From the NCBI GenBank assembly GCA_040954595.2, contig CM082580.2, positions 5,632,783-5,696,782 of the forward strand: a DNA stretch of 64,000 nucleotides, written 5' to 3'. Position numbers and translations under genes: made by a program. Below are positions 46,301 to 59,308 of the stretch, in pieces (the first letter of the stretch is position 1; every line of letters starts with the position of its first letter). The notes below the pieces were generated by a model. That model ran no database searches. It saw only the letters and a program-made list of their open reading frames with translations, and had not been told where the DNA came from. The stretch comes from Balanoglossus misakiensis. Taxonomy: Eukaryota > Animalia > Hemichordata.

Positions 46301-49300
46301 GCATTCTTGGGGTTATTGCTACCTCCCGACTCTAAGCTGTCGGAGCTAGACTTGTAGGAAGGCGCCGGGTGGGGGACAGACTTGGCGCTAGCTTGGTAGG
46401 TGGGCTCTTGCACTAGCGACCCACCTCTTGGCCGGTGGCCATTCCCCGGGATTGTTCCGGGCTTGGCATAGTATATAGAGGTTGCAAATGTCCTCCCGCC
46501 CATGGGTGCATCCTTTGAGTTCGTCCTATCTCTGGTGTGATACCTGACCTCCGACCTGTGCCTTTGTTTGATCACCTCCGAATCCGAGTCGGGTTTGGTG
46601 ATGTGAAGCTCAGTCCTTTGCTGTCCAAGGTCGTTCGGGTCGTGTCGGCGAAAGCTTTGCACGTCGAGAGATGAGGTAGATCCGCTCCTGGGTTTCGCGG
46701 TCGCGGAAGACAGTTGCCGGGCGTTGACGGCAGACACGGTCATCACCGGGTTGGCAGACACCAGGGCGCCCGACAACACCGTCTCTGCCGACAGAGGTGC
46801 GCGCCTGCTGGCGTTGCTGTCCAGTTTGGAGTCCGACACGCTCTTGGCCTGCGGCGGGGGATTGTAGAAAGCCGTCACAATTTTGGTCTCTGGCACGTGG
46901 TACGTATCCTCCTTTGGCACAACAACCGAGGTCAGCACCGGCACGGTGGAGACACCCCTGATGGGATGAGTCGTCAGGCCCGCGGCGTCGCGGTCATACA
47001 CCGACCTCCCGGGCACGGTCTTATACATTTGTCTGTTGTTATTGTTGTGCCCCAACTGCAGGGTGGCCTCGGTCTTGAACTTGGAATCTCCGCCGCTTCT
47101 GTCGAGCATCTCCTCGTTGGTCGACACCGATGACAGCGATGCTGAAGGGGAGGGCGTCTGGTCGGTTTTGATGTACGTGTCCACTGGAGGGTTGGGTATC
47201 TCCCTGGCACTTCCCCTGTGAGTGTTCTTACTTTGGTTGTAAGCCACACCAGAGTAGGCCATCTGCAGGATGTCCTCGCCCTTGGGTACCACCATCAGAG
47301 TCAAAACAGAGTCACTGAAATGCAGAAAGAAAGAGAAAGGGAATCAACCATTGCATTGGTTGTTTTACACCATCTTATAGATGTTAAGGTCTCAATCTAC
47401 TGGGTGTGTACTAAAAAACACTGGTCACAGTGAGTCACAGTACATGTACAGTCAGTGAAACCTGTCTACATGTATTCAGGACACCTCTGGGACCAGAGAA
47501 TTTGTCCTTAATAGAGAGGTATCCTTAACGGACATGTAATATTCTATTCAAACTGTAACTTTTTTCTTGAAAAATCTGTTAATAGAGAGGTGTCCTGATC
47601 AGAGGTGTCCATATAATGACACGGTTCACTGTATATGCAGTTTTTTCACACTTTTTACAAGTTCCGAAAGAATTCAAATTCCAAGCGCGGCAACTTCCAT
47701 ACCTACATTGATAGAATTTGCAAGATCATCTGATTTTTGCGAGTGAAATGCGAGAATTTCACATTTCCTTGACCTCTGGGTATTGTGTGGCTCAGAAATC
47801 ACCAGTCTCAACCCCTACTGCTGAATTAAATTGCAAAACAACCATATCTTCCAGTGCACATGAGAAGTCATATCCAAACCGACATATTTGAACAGTTAAG
47901 GCCGGTATCATTTCCATGGGTTTTTGACGTGTGTTGACAGAGAGCTCAATCCACAGACACTGAAATTCTAGAATTACAAAACAGTAGTGGTGCCCGTGCA
48001 GAAATCCGGTGCAGAGGTTAGAGTTTCAGTTTTGAATTCATACATATGTGTTTACATATATCGGGCAGACAGAATTTCAGGGCTGGCAGTTTTTATTGAA
48101 AGCTGAAACATCAAATTTTAATTGACAGGCTCAAATTCAGCCTGATATGCTGCCATACCTTTGCTTTTCTGCTTCACACTGAGTACTGACCTACCCTCTG
48201 ACAAAACCTGCCTCTACTCTGTTTCCATGACATTGCCGATGGTTTCAGAATGTGCGTGTATATATACCACAACACATCAATGTCAAACAGTTACGATCTC
48301 GGCGTGGTTAACCTTTGACCTTCACCCTGACCTAGATACGTGTGTCACTGTACTTCCATTTTGACCACATCAACATCAATGACATGCTGTATTTTCCAAA
48401 CAAACAAGTCATTTATTGCCATTGTGATCTGTCACCTCTACTTCTCAATTTTTATTGCTACAAGTGACATCCTCTGGTCTGATTCAATATTGACTTGTGG
48501 ATCACTTCCCTGAGAGTAAAAGCACCTTGCACTTGTAGTGTCGTTTGAGGAAATACAAGCAGTTGTTGACTTGGTGTGCATACTTTGCTCCAGATCTGAC
48601 AAAGTGACTTTCGAGAGATTGGCAGCATCTGACAAAATGACTTTACAGAGATTAGTAACGTCACGCTGAATTTCAATGCTACTGGTGTTAATTTCATGAC
48701 AAGCACATCCTGGTGCACTATCACCAAAAGACAGCAACGATTTTCTCCCTCATCCCCCGCTGAACCGAACTCAGGATTCAAACTCAAACACGGTCTACAG
48801 TGCCCCCACTGTCATTAAATACTTCTGAATCACCATTCCACCGATGGTGCAGAAACTTCAGAGACGGTCACTATGGACTATATTTACAGAAGTTCTAACA
48901 TCCACACATCTTTCTCAAACTACACAGACATCAACAACCAGGGCATTCCTACAGTATTATGCATACTGCTCTCAGACTGATGATGTCAACAGTGCAAGGT
49001 TTCACACTAGTCACCACTGCCAACAACTGTTGCCTGACACTGGTCGCCTTTGTGTGTGCTTGTTTTTAATGTAATTTTCATGCAGCTGTTCGTAGTTACA
49101 CTGCATTTGAGAAGCAGCAACAGAAAGTGGCGGATATAAAAATAACTTCGGTATTCTGCAATTACACTTATTGTTCTCATAGTATTTATGAGGACAATAT
49201 ACAGGGGATACATGTATATATAAATTCTTCCAAGACATCGACTATGAAAAATCACAGGTTTTTACTGAGAAACTTAACATCATCAGGTTATGTGAAAGAT

Positions 49301-52300
49301 GAAAAAAACGTAAGATCGTAACTGAATCAGTGTGTTGACTTGTACAGAGACAAATGCACCTGCTGACGGGGAAACATGAACGACAAGTGTTTTTGAGCTG
49401 TGACAGTGTGAATGCCCTGGTGTACTCTGCTGTGCACCACTCAGTGATGCTGGGATATTGATGAGCACCTCATCCAGAAAACAGATTATACTTATATAAG
49501 TGCCTGCCTACCTTCCTTGTATGAGAGCGACGACTTGCGAGTATGTCTTCCCCGTCACCGTCTCGCCGTTGACGCTAACGATCCTGTCCCCCGTGGATAG
49601 ACCAGCCTCCTCGGCCGGCCCGCCTTCTTTGACTTGCCTCACAAAGATGGTGTCCATGGGCTCCAGCGCGCTGATCTTGCTGCGTTTCTTCCTCCGTCCT
49701 ATTTTTGAAATGGATAGCCCGAGTGGGGACATATAAGATGGCAGATACCAGACAACAGTTGATAGGTTATGTAATGAATACTGGACATACCAGCCGGTCC
49801 CCGCTATGCTCCCAGCTCGCCCATATTTCAAAACCGCGCTCATGGTATGTGCACCGCTGAAGACAACACTCAATCCCAGATCTATTTAAATATTTAGAAA
49901 TTAAATACGTCTCTACCTTCGAGAGGCATGCGGCCGGGTTTTGATTCGTAACTTTTAATTGAGATTCAGTCAAAGTTCATACCCAATGTAAATATTTAAA
50001 ATTTAGTATCTGAAACTCGCTAAAGCCGAAATGACTCATTAGCTGCCAACTAATTGTGTACCCTATTTAGAATGGTTTATTTTTAATTGTTTATTGAATA
50101 CTTCTCAGAAACTCTCTTGGTACAAATTGGTAGGGTCCAGACTGTTACAAGGGCCACGAGTTCAGCCCGTTACAGTACATGGTCCATTTGCAAACTCGCA
50201 CACGATGAAAACATAAACAGAGAATAAACTCAACACATTGGCTTTCATAAATTTTTAGCTGGCCAAGTCATGCATGTGAAATTTTAACGCCCAGACATTT
50301 CCTGTTTGATTGGAAGGAACAGTTTTTATATCAGCTTACAGACTCAGTATCACATCTCTCATCTATATCTGGCTGTATTCACATTTGTAAGAAATATTAT
50401 TTTGAAAAATGCAGACTGTTGAACTATTCTATAGGAAATGTGGATGGTAGAGATTACACAGCTTTATTAGGAAGTTCTTTTGACTGTCCACACATATCGA
50501 ATGTGAAAAGACATAAAGTTCAAATTTTCCTAACAACATGTAATCTTCTAAGTGGTTACAAGGAAGTTGAAGAATTTCCGTGGTATTAGTCACTCACTAC
50601 TCAAGAATAGTTTTCAAGTGAATTCCACGATGGCAATGGCATATCTTTCGAAAAGGTTTCAACACAGTCGCAATTGGGCGATGCTTACATTGCTAATGGG
50701 ATAATCTTGGGGGTGGGCACCGGTGGTGTTTAGAAGGTTGGCCGGGTTTATTTTTCCTTGGTCATCAGAGGAGTTTTAAATTGGTAATCAATTTACACTC
50801 CATTGATCCCGATGATGTCAGGGTGGGTTATTTGTTTAATTTGGTATCAACACCGGTTGACTTCACCCACTGTGCTTGCTCTACTCTGCAGACCTTTGTG
50901 ACTGACAGTATTTCACAGGTTTTTTTTTCTCTAAGCCCTCACGACGCACCTCTGATACCAAAAGATCCGATCGCGATACAAACGAAAATCATACTGCGTG
51001 TACAGATGCAAAAAAAAACATGACTGCTGCACACAGATCTTTCAAATCTTCAGTGTCACAAACGATCTGCAAAACTGATGCTAAGCTAAGACGGCACACA
51101 CAGACAGGGATAAAACCACTTGAAATACGGGCAAAGCGTTCAACTTTATATTTGAACTTCAATGTACCCTTGACATTTTCTGGTATTAAAGTCAGTGCTA
51201 TCTAAAAATAGACTAATGTCTTCGCGAAGGAGATCATATTTCATGTGGTACAACCAGGCTTCTTATGAAAACTAAACAAGATGATTTCATGGCGCTGGGA
51301 AATATTGTAACTAATACTGCCCAATAACAAATTTCATATACAGTTCTGACGTAAAGAATTTTATTAACTTCATCATAACATAACAGACCCCTTACATTGT
51401 TCCAGTGAAATCCTTGGGAGGTAGTCTCTTGGTGGTTGGTATCTTTGCGCAATAACAAAATGCACACAGATAAATTTTATGTTCAAGTGAATGAAGACAG
51501 ACAGCGACTGTGTCGTGAAAATTACCACATTCCTACAATCGACATTTGCGTGCTTGTGGCAAATGTCGCTGTTGGAGCGGTCAGACATGGTCGTGTAAAT
51601 CAGCGAGTAACGACTGGTTTTAGACTGTGAAGAAAGTGACAGCTGCCAAGTATTTTCACAAGGCAGGATGTGACACTCTTGTTTTCATTCTGGTGCGTGA
51701 GGGGGAAATCAAACGGCAAATCAACTCTGGACGTTCTTTTAATAGTGGTGTGTACTTGGCATGACTTTGCCACCAGCTTCAGCAACTACAAAATGTACCA
51801 CATCCACTTTGCAATTGCAGGTATACTATTGCTGTAATCTACCAAGTAAAGTTTGTCAGCTGTTGTACATGTAGTAGGGTTTATGCCAGACAGCATGATT
51901 GTGCGTCTAACGAGTTAATTTTTTACAGAAGGTCCCATACGAGAAGGGGCAGTCAAACAGGTGAAAGCATTGGCACTTCTTAGGAATGAAGTCTGATATC
52001 AAAGGACAGCAGTAATGCTGTGCACAATTCTTGCAGAGAACATCTGGAAAAACTGCTGAGTCAGCATTTATCACAATGCCTTCCTTATCAGTTTCATTTC
52101 AGACAAAGCTACCTTCAAAGTTTAAAATGCAACAACAAGCATATTGTGTTTCTGGTTATACTATTACTAATCTATTTAAAATGGTGTTGTCCGATCTGTC
52201 AGCTAGGGACATGGATAAGACTGGAGAATGTTATTGATGAAAAATGTCTTCGTTCTAGTTCTGCTTCGATAACGTGTGTGGAACTGTTGAGAAATTGACA

Positions 52301-52523
52301 TGATACCTGGTAAAAAAAGATTCAACTCACCTTCCAAGTCAGACTCATCGTACTCGTCATTCGGGACGTCGTTCAGGGTTGCCGATTCTGGCGGGTAGAC
52401 GATAAAGTGACGTAGCGTGAAACCGAACCCATTGGCGTGTCTCAGCAATGTCACTGTCCTGGATCCCGGCAAGCCAGTTAAGGGGTCTATAAAGTCTGAT
52501 GGCTTGGAAAGTCCACTGGAGAT
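28374..52523 (-). CDS. ARHGAP21: Rho GTPase-activating protein 21/23-like (PDZ, PH, RhoGAP), ~2270 aa, probably 5'-partial; exons 52523-52331, 49698-49512, 47314-44925, 44476-44276, 42032-41894, 40571-40391, 39938-39846 (or -39858), 39234-39106, 37699-37631, 36978-36920, 35463-35318, 34898-34729, 34520-34365, 33602-33524, 32779-32706, 32319-32230, 31898-31773, 31109-30989, 30592-28374
   Basis: Nineteen GT-AG exons total 6822 nt in frame. PDZ: [16 protein letters not shown]...[18 protein letters not shown]...[21 protein letters not shown] motif. PH: [12 protein letters not shown]...[15 protein letters not shown]...MLEWI. GAP domain with arginine finger [22 protein letters not shown] and [17 protein letters not shown]-terminal RRHTWGG. 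Likely co-orthologue of vertebrate ARHGAP21 and ARHGAP23. Confidence 0.92.
29060..29205 (-). repeat. Coding 30-bp tandem repeat ([10 protein letters not shown]-like, ~4-5 units) in the last RhoGAP exon
   Basis: Repeated gagccacgNgattggctgtcactgctcac units; the peptide repeat is visible in the ORF. Confidence 0.85.
34232..34326 (+). mobile_element. ~90-bp piggyBac-type MITE, copy 2
   Basis: TTAA on both sides, ends CCCCTTTAC ... GTAAAGGA, family core present. Confidence 0.75.
35755..36095. mobile_element. Kolobok-like foldback MITE with ~130-bp TIRs and TTAA target-site duplication
   Basis: TTAA at 35751-35754 and 36096-36099. Ends are AGGGACAAAGTCTCTCTC / GAGAGAGACTTTGTCCCT. The arms stay complementary inward (atgtggatatatagtgaat / attcactatatatccacat; caaccacacacaa / ttgtgtgtggttg). 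Confidence 0.85.
37765..37960 (+). mobile_element. Fragment of the same DNA-transposon family as 15500-15713
   Basis: aatgcacctcgaaaa...tttgaatgagag...aattcaaaatggccgcca matches the reverse complement of 15535-15705. Boundaries are approximate. Confidence 0.5.
40052..40210. repeat. Compound tetranucleotide microsatellite (TGAA)n(GGAA)n(CGAA)n(GGAT)n ... (TCAA)n(ATCC)n
   Basis: Directly visible in the sequence. Confidence 0.9.
41746..41838 (+). mobile_element. ~90-bp piggyBac-type MITE, copy 3
   Basis: TTAA-CCCTGTCACC ... GGTGAAAGGG-TTAA, family core present. Confidence 0.85.
47453..47631. mobile_element. Tc1/mariner-type MITE
   Basis: cagtgaaacctgtc...ggacacctct / agaggtgtcc...gacacggttcactg followed by TA. 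Internal taatagagaggt occurs twice. Confidence 0.7.
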
Positions 52524-52866
52524 CTGTCGAAGCATAACAGAAGAAAGGAAAACAGTTAATGCTTTATCACCAAAGTGACCTGTAGTACAAACACATCCTG
52601 TTGGAAATTCTATGCATCTCTTAAAACGAGTCTTTATTTCCAGTCTTTTACCTCCCTCCTCGTACCTCCCCCCAACACATTAATTGGAAGATTCAAAGCC
52701 TCACAAAATATTAAGAGCTTCTCATTGTATTTAATCCTTCCCTGGCATATAATCTCACTCAACCATTTAATGTGTATTTCTACTGGAGATGGACATAGCA
52801 TGAGGATGATCGGTGTTCGTTAAACAACCACAATACATGTAGTTGAAGTTTCAATATTATACAACT

Positions 52867-52872
52867 TTTATT
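52867..52872 (-). terminator. Candidate polyadenylation signal of TLR-A
   Basis: AATAAA on the - strand about 710 nt downstream of the TLR-A stop codon and about 340 nt before the RhoGAP exon acceptor. Confidence 0.4.
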
Positions 52873-53577
52873 AACAATGAAATGATGCCACACACTACAT
52901 TATCATGCTAATTTAGCCAATCACAAAAAAGTTATAGTTTGAATGATGCAAGTTCATATTTGACACTTATTATTTTCAAATTATTAACATCCATGAAAAT
53001 GCTACATGAAGAAGACACTTAAACACTGTAATAATCACGCTAAAAGAAAATGCAAAATAAAGATATCTACATGTACATCTTTGGGAAAACTTTTACTGAC
53101 CTCCACATATTATGTAAATCTAGATCACAGTAGGTCAGACAATCTATATCATACAACTTCCAAGGAACTCAGCACAAATGTGTATTGCAATCTACAATTA
53201 CACTGTCAGTTTGACGGACTGCACTTTGCAATGTACATGTAAATGTCGTTTGTGTATTGATCGTTGGTGGCAGTCTTCGAGAGTTAGAAATATCCATGAA
53301 TGGGGCTGAGCTTTACATCTGATTCAGTCAATGATGGATTGTTCTTCTTTGGATGTTCAGAAAACTCAAATAATATACACCAAATTAAAATCAATGTAAC
53401 TATATTACATTTTTTCACCTCTCAGAAAAATAAAACAATTCATCATAAAAGCATTCTGGGAATATCCTGTATGCTACAAGGAAACAGCTTCTCAACAAAA
53501 GATCACAACCAGATAATGCACACTGGCACTTGCAAGTTTTGGATCTAACTGGACACAATTGACCTTTTTATGACAAC

Positions 53578-56436
53578 TCATACCTCCAATACACGATCAA
53601 CTGCACTAGGCTTCTTTAAAGCTAATTCTAACTGCGCCCAGAAGAGCTTTCTGGCCGACTGATTATCTCCTCTGGGCCACTTAATGTAAGATTTATTCAA
53701 AAACAGCCTTCTGAGCATCCTCGGAATTTCTTTATCCGGGATTGGTTCAAGCAAGAGTAAGATCATGACGTCCTTCTGGTCTTCGAACAGCCTGTGGTGG
53801 GCCATCTGCATCTCAAAGTGACACCACTCGCTCTTGACGAAGTTGGGGCTCAGCACCAGCACGGTCTTCCGGCTGTTCTCGATGCTGTCCAGGATGTTGT
53901 CGATGATGGTCTTGCCCGGGATGAAGTCCTTGTAGTGCACGCACACCTTGAACTTGGTGTCGCCCCGACTCTCCAGGTGGGGGACCAGCGTGTGCTGCAC
54001 CCAGCCCTCGTCGCCCGTGTTGTACGAGATGAAGGCGTCGAAGTCCTTCTCCTGCTCGGGGATGCGCTCGTAGCCGTTCACCCTCAAACGGATCAGGAAC
54101 ACGGCGTAGCGGATGTGCCACCGGTAGTAGACCCCGGTCAGGGCAGCCAGCGACGCGACGACCGCAAAGCAGCCGAGACCGACGCCCAGATACACGGCCA
54201 CCAGGGATTCGCACGTGAGCTCGCGCGGGTCGAAATCTTTCAGCATCACAACTCCGTGAGGACTTGAAGATGCCGAACACGTGTACGTGTGGTAGTTGGG
54301 AAGATCCACGTAGTCATCCTTGGCGATCCAGTCCGTGAACCATTTCAAATTACAATCACATTCAAATGAATTTTTCTGCAAATCTACTGTTTGGAGAGCG
54401 GGCAAGTATTCTCTGGATATGGCACCCTCCTCGATGGACGACAATTTGTTGTCCGTGAGCAAGAAAGTCTGCAAGCTCGGAAGCTGCCAGGGATTTCCCT
54501 CTATCTCCTTGATATCATTTCCGGTCAGATCCAAATATGACAAGTACATCAGTCCTGCAAGAGTGTCTCGATCTAACATATCAATTCTGTTATCTGGCAG
54601 AATTAATTTCGTGAGCTTTGGCATCGATCGGAACATTTCCCTATCGAGAACCATCTTGCTTCCAGATATGTGCAGCACTTCAAGATTTGGCAAATCCAGC
54701 TTGTTTTCCTTCCAGCTGTGAACCATGTCAATAATTTGTGGGTTAAAAAGATGCAACTCTTCTATGGACTTCACACCTGCCAGCAGACGCAGATCAGCTC
54801 CGTAATCGCTCAGTTCCAAACACTTCAAATTGTCAATGGCGGCTAGGGAGATGTTTACACGAAAGTGGCCTTCAATAAACTGATTATTTGATAGAATCAG
54901 TTCTTCCAATTGCGGCAAATTTGACATAGTACGCACCAAATTTCCAAGGTTTTGGAAACGGTTGTTGGCGAGGTTAAGATGTTTCAAGTTTGACATCTGG
55001 GAGAAAAACTCTAGAACAGAATCTGAGACCAGTGTATAGCTGAGATCCAGCTTTGTCAACTTCGGTAAGTTGTTGAAGAGGTCGCGTTCAAATGATGGCT
55101 GGAGTTCATTATCGGATACGAGTAAATCTGACAACATGCAAGTTTGGCATTTGAAGACGTCCACATTTGGAATTGATGTTAATGCATTGTGTCTGAGATC
55201 AAGCAGGTAGAGTCTTCTAAGACCGAAGAAAGCATTTGTCTCAACCAAGGGACTTATAAGTTGGTTATTTCTGAGGTCAAGCCTTTCCAAATTTCCAAAA
55301 TTAGCAAAGGTATTGCTCTTAATTCCTATGATTCCAAGGTGGCGCAAAGTTAGATTTCGCATGTACGCCATTCTGTCCGTCCAGCCCCGAAATAGGTCAG
55401 GGGTCAGATTTTTGCCGACGAGACCTTGAACCCAGCCAACGTACAACTCATCACATCTAGGTGGAAAGGACAACAGGCTTTCCAACCCTTTCTCGCCTAG
55501 GCCAAAGTGTTGGTGGTACATAAAATATCTGGCACTCACATAAGCAAATGTTGTGCTTACAATTTTCAGGTTGATACAAGATATGGTTATGGGATCGTCA
55601 GATATGCATCCATTCATGGCAAAGTCGGTCAGCTTAGAGTTGTTATTGAAGTTTTCACCAAAATCAATGTCCTCGGTGAAGTTGCCACCTAAATACAACC
55701 TCCTTAAACTTGGATAGGACAGGGCCTCAACTGGCACTTTCTTCAGTCTTGATGGTGACAGGAACAATTCCTTCAGGTTGGTCAGCTTGGCAAATATCCT
55801 GGCCGGCAAGTACTCGACCATGGCGTACGACAGGTTCAACTTCTGCAAGTTGACTAGGTGATCAAACGTGTCTTCCTGCATGTCGCCGAAACAGTTATTC
55901 CCAAGGAGCAGTACTTCCAGACTCTGCAGTGGCTCAAACAAGTTCTTCTGCAACACTTCGTTGCCAAGTCCCGCGTAAGACAGATCCAACTTGACCAAAC
56001 CGGAGAGACCGCTCAGCATCTGCGGTTGCAGCAGATAGGTGCACTGGGGATCGCACTTGGCTCCACACTCCACAAACTTGGCGTTCTTCTTCAGAGACAG
56101 CGTCTTCAGGCTAGTCTGGCCGAGGAAAGCATTATCCTCGATGGCCGCGATCGGGTTATCCTCCACCACCAACTCTACCAGTTTGTTGAATCGCCCAAAG
56201 GTACTCGTGGTGATATTCGACAGACCACCCCTGGTGATGTGCAGGTGGGTCAGGGTGCTCGGCAACGAGTCAAAGAAAGCCTTGTCCACCAAACTGGATG
56301 TCCATGCTGCATTGTAATGCACATAGGTACTGTTGAACACCTTGCACGGTGGAATGGCATTAGCATGCATGATCAGGGATAAAACAATACACACGATCAA
56401 GAAACAGCAGGTGGCACTGTACGTATAGGATGCCAT
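53578..56436 (-). CDS. Toll-like receptor A (intronless CDS, 952 aa; signal peptide, ~20 LRRs, LRRCT, TM, TIR)
   Basis: ATG at 56436 (aagATGg) is followed by a hydrophobic signal peptide and LxxLxLxxN repeats. LRRCT NSFECDCNLKWF; TM VAVYLGVGLGCFAVVASLAALTGVYY. TIR box 1 FDAFISYN, BB loop HYKDFIPGK, SPNFVKSEWCHFE, box 3 LFW. The GTG start at 56493 in the ORF track is unlikely to be used. Confidence 0.95.
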   Translation of the reverse strand: MASYTYSATCCFLIVCIVLSLIMHANAIPPCKVFNSTYVHYNAAWTSSLVDKAFFDSLPSTLTHLHITRGGLSNITTSTFGRFNKLVELVVEDNPIAAIEDNAFLGQTSLKTLSLKKNAKFVECGAKCDPQCTYLLQPQMLSGLSGLVKLDLSYAGLGNEVLQKNLFEPLQSLEVLLLGNNCFGDMQEDTFDHLVNLQKLNLSYAMVEYLPARIFAKLTNLKELFLSPSRLKKVPVEALSYPSLRRLYLGGNFTEDIDFGENFNNNSKLTDFAMNGCISDDPITISCINLKIVSTTFAYVSARYFMYHQHFGLGEKGLESLLSFPPRCDELYVGWVQGLVGKNLTPDLFRGWTDRMAYMRNLTLRHLGIIGIKSNTFANFGNLERLDLRNNQLISPLVETNAFFGLRRLYLLDLRHNALTSIPNVDVFKCQTCMLSDLLVSDNELQPSFERDLFNNLPKLTKLDLSYTLVSDSVLEFFSQMSNLKHLNLANNRFQNLGNLVRTMSNLPQLEELILSNNQFIEGHFRVNISLAAIDNLKCLELSDYGADLRLLAGVKSIEELHLFNPQIIDMVHSWKENKLDLPNLEVLHISGSKMVLDREMFRSMPKLTKLILPDNRIDMLDRDTLAGLMYLSYLDLTGNDIKEIEGNPWQLPSLQTFLLTDNKLSSIEEGAISREYLPALQTVDLQKNSFECDCNLKWFTDWIAKDDYVDLPNYHTYTCSASSSPHGVVMLKDFDPRELTCESLVAVYLGVGLGCFAVVASLAALTGVYYRWHIRYAVFLIRLRVNGYERIPEQEKDFDAFISYNTGDEGWVQHTLVPHLESRGDTKFKVCVHYKDFIPGKTIIDNILDSIENSRKTVLVLSPNFVKSEWCHFEMQMAHHRLFEDQKDVMILLLLEPIPDKEIPRMLRRLFLNKSYIKWPRGDNQSARKLFWAQLELALKKPSAVDRVLEV

Positions 56437-56697
56437 CTTCACTCCCACCAGACAAGTTTCAACTGACTTCAAAATGGTACGAGGGATTTGCACTTATACC
56501 CCGTCCTGCAATATTTTTCAAAAGAAATTTCCTCATTGCAGTACATATTTTATTGATGTCTGTCAACACCTCCAATAAAATATGGAAGCCTTCTGTTTTA
56601 TCCCTCCAATTCATACTCTTTGATACATTTGCTTGAGGAAGTGCACTATTGAACGGGTGTTGTAGCTACGTTCGCCAGAACAGTGAACGATAGCCTT

Positions 56698-56793
56698 TTA
56701 ACCCTTTCACCCCAGTTCCCACTGTAAAGTTAAGTCCAACCTTACCACAGAAAAAAATGGGTTTGGACTGAACCATGGTTGTAAAGGGGTTAA
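56698..56793 (-). mobile_element. ~90-bp piggyBac-type MITE, copy 4 (inverted)
   Basis: TTAA-CCCTTTCAC ... GTAAAGGGG-TTAA; core is the reverse complement of that in copy 3. Confidence 0.8.
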
Positions 56794-59308
56794 TGGCTAC
56801 CTAGTACAAACTGGTCAGTGGGCTAACTTGAAAACTTGACCACCAGTAGTCTGGAAGGATCACGGCTGAGTGTTTCACGTGTAAAACACGTGAGCAGCAA
56901 GGTGCATGCTAGGTAGGCAAACAAAGCAATGCGTGACTCAACACTCACCTACGAACTGAATCAAAGGGGAACACCATAAAATCAAAAGATATATTAATAT
57001 TAATAAAGTATTGTTTGGACTTTGAAGTGTAGGTAATATCCAGACACCACAAATTGAATAATCTCATCTCAAAGTCCACATGCCTGAATCATACAAGTAG
57101 AAGGAAACTATGCCCTATTACTAGCAGCAATTCGGTTATAAATTTGTAAGGATGAAAATACATCATTACATGTACTTGTTTGTCATGGCATGTTTTAATC
57201 TCAGATCTGGTAGATTTGCAGACGGTCTGTCAACATTTCAGAAAAGTTCAAACTTGCAGTTTATTATTCTCACAGAAAGTCGGAGGAAGCAGATAGAGTT
57301 TTAACGTCAATAACACGGTCACATGAACTGAGCGTGATTAACCCGGGTACCATTTTGTGCCTGGATAGCCTGAACAGATAACAGGATAGACAATAAGTTT
57401 GTTTCGCTTTGATGTACATATTATGCGTCACATTCAGGAAATTTACCTCTAAACAGACCTCTTGGAATCACAAGACCTATTAAATATTAATATAACTACT
57501 GCAAAACAGAAACGCTAGCATTTAACCACTAATTTCACCCATGAGTCGCAGTTTTGGTGTCTTGTATGCACCACAGTTTATGGGAGGTTGGACAGCTACT
57601 CTAGTGTACAGGAATGCATACATGTACTGCAATAGGTTGGGTAAGGAGATTGGCTTGAGGGCTTTGTGTAGCAAACATAGTTTATTGGGGCTGCAAATAA
57701 AAACATCAACATCTGGTTCACAGGTTTTATAGTGATATTGTCTTTATTTTGAGATCCAGCTCAACTATTATGTTTAAACAAAGTAAAACAAGAGAAAGGT
57801 AAAAATGTGAGCACACAAACAATTTCAAGTCAATTACATGATTATGTAAAACAAACATGGTCTCAATCGCCACACTATTTATGCCCACATGTTATGTCTT
57901 AAAGTTATATCAAAGTACAAAATTATGAATCAGTGTTTACATGTAACCCTGTCCTGCAGCTTGACCTAAATTCTAGCTTTCAAAATACAACACTCAGTGT
58001 CATATTGCTGGGAATATGGTGACTGTATCATGCACAGCATCTGTTACACATGAAGTTTCAAAATGTATACAATACATGTATTGGATCTGTGTGTGTGCAT
58101 GCGTGTATGTGCGTTTTTACCCCACCCCATCAAAAGATAATATAATAATTTAATATTATCTAAAATTTAAAATATTAATAAGATTTTAACATTGAAATCA
58201 GCAGATAATTTCAAAATTCAAGCACTGTAATCAATAGACAATTTCAAAATTCAAGCATTCTGTAAATACTGTTGTATCTGATGACAAAGACCTGAAATTA
58301 CCATGTAATAAGACATTCTGAAATATGGGAAATTGTTATCTTTGGATGAATTTGTAGACAATCATACAAGCAGATACATCTTGTGACCCCCAGGGTCTAC
58401 GCTATAGAAATACGGAACATGTATTTTACTTACAATTCTTTTTGAAAGTGTCAGTGAGAAGTGGTACTCCAGCAGAGAGTTGCAAATATTTACACAGTTT
58501 TAAGAACTGTTTAAATGCTCATTATTAAAACCAGTTTACCATTCACCCTTAAAAGTTACACGGGAATTAATGAACTGGTCCCTTGTATCTGGTGCCTTGC
58601 CAACCATCAATGATCAAAACAAAACATATAGTTAATGTTTTAACTGTGTCGCTCGCTTGGTGCAGGGTCCAACACACTGATCACGCCCTTGTACAGGTGT
58701 GGTGCAATGAAAAAAAAAACATTTACTGCTTGGATACGATGTAATGCAAACGACATGTTACGACAAGGAGGCCTTGTCGGATATGGGTTCCATAACATTA
58801 ACACTTTGAATACCACATTTTTCACTGCCAAATGTAGTGTATTTTTTTAATACACTATGCTGTATCCTACCCCCTAATTAATACTTTTAGATTAAGTAGA
58901 CATAATTTTCAATTGTTCGCAAGTTTTGATTAAAATTTGAAAAAAAAACATGTGGAAAAAGTTATAAGAGTTTATACGGTAGTTTTTTTTTTAAGATGGC
59001 GACAGGTTGACTACGGTTTTGAAAAGGTTATTGTATTCCTGTGTTGTTTCTTGTCGGCTTTGTTGATGATACAACATAGAAAAAAAATTCTTGCACAAGA
59101 ATGTTACAAAGTGAGAAAAGGAAACACGGTTCATAGTACACTTATTGATAAGCAATACTGAATGTTAGTATTGTCTCTTTGGAGACGACCACACTGTGAT
59201 AAATTGCCTGATTCAATGATAATTTCTACTAACGTATTTCCTTGTAAAGAATCATGTCTAAAAATACCTTGCTTCTTTTCATCTATCACCTCTCACATGA
59301 TATTCATT

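Noticed and set aside
48438-48787. Two ~100-aa - strand ORFs with a 33-bp duplication in a RhoGAP intron
   Set aside because: No convincing splice sites in compatible phase and no homology. The intron splits the PDZ domain, so inclusion would disrupt it.
56437-56493. N-terminal extension of TLR-A from a GTG start (971 aa)
   Set aside because: This is a eukaryotic gene; the ATG at 56436 has good Kozak context and directly precedes the signal peptide.
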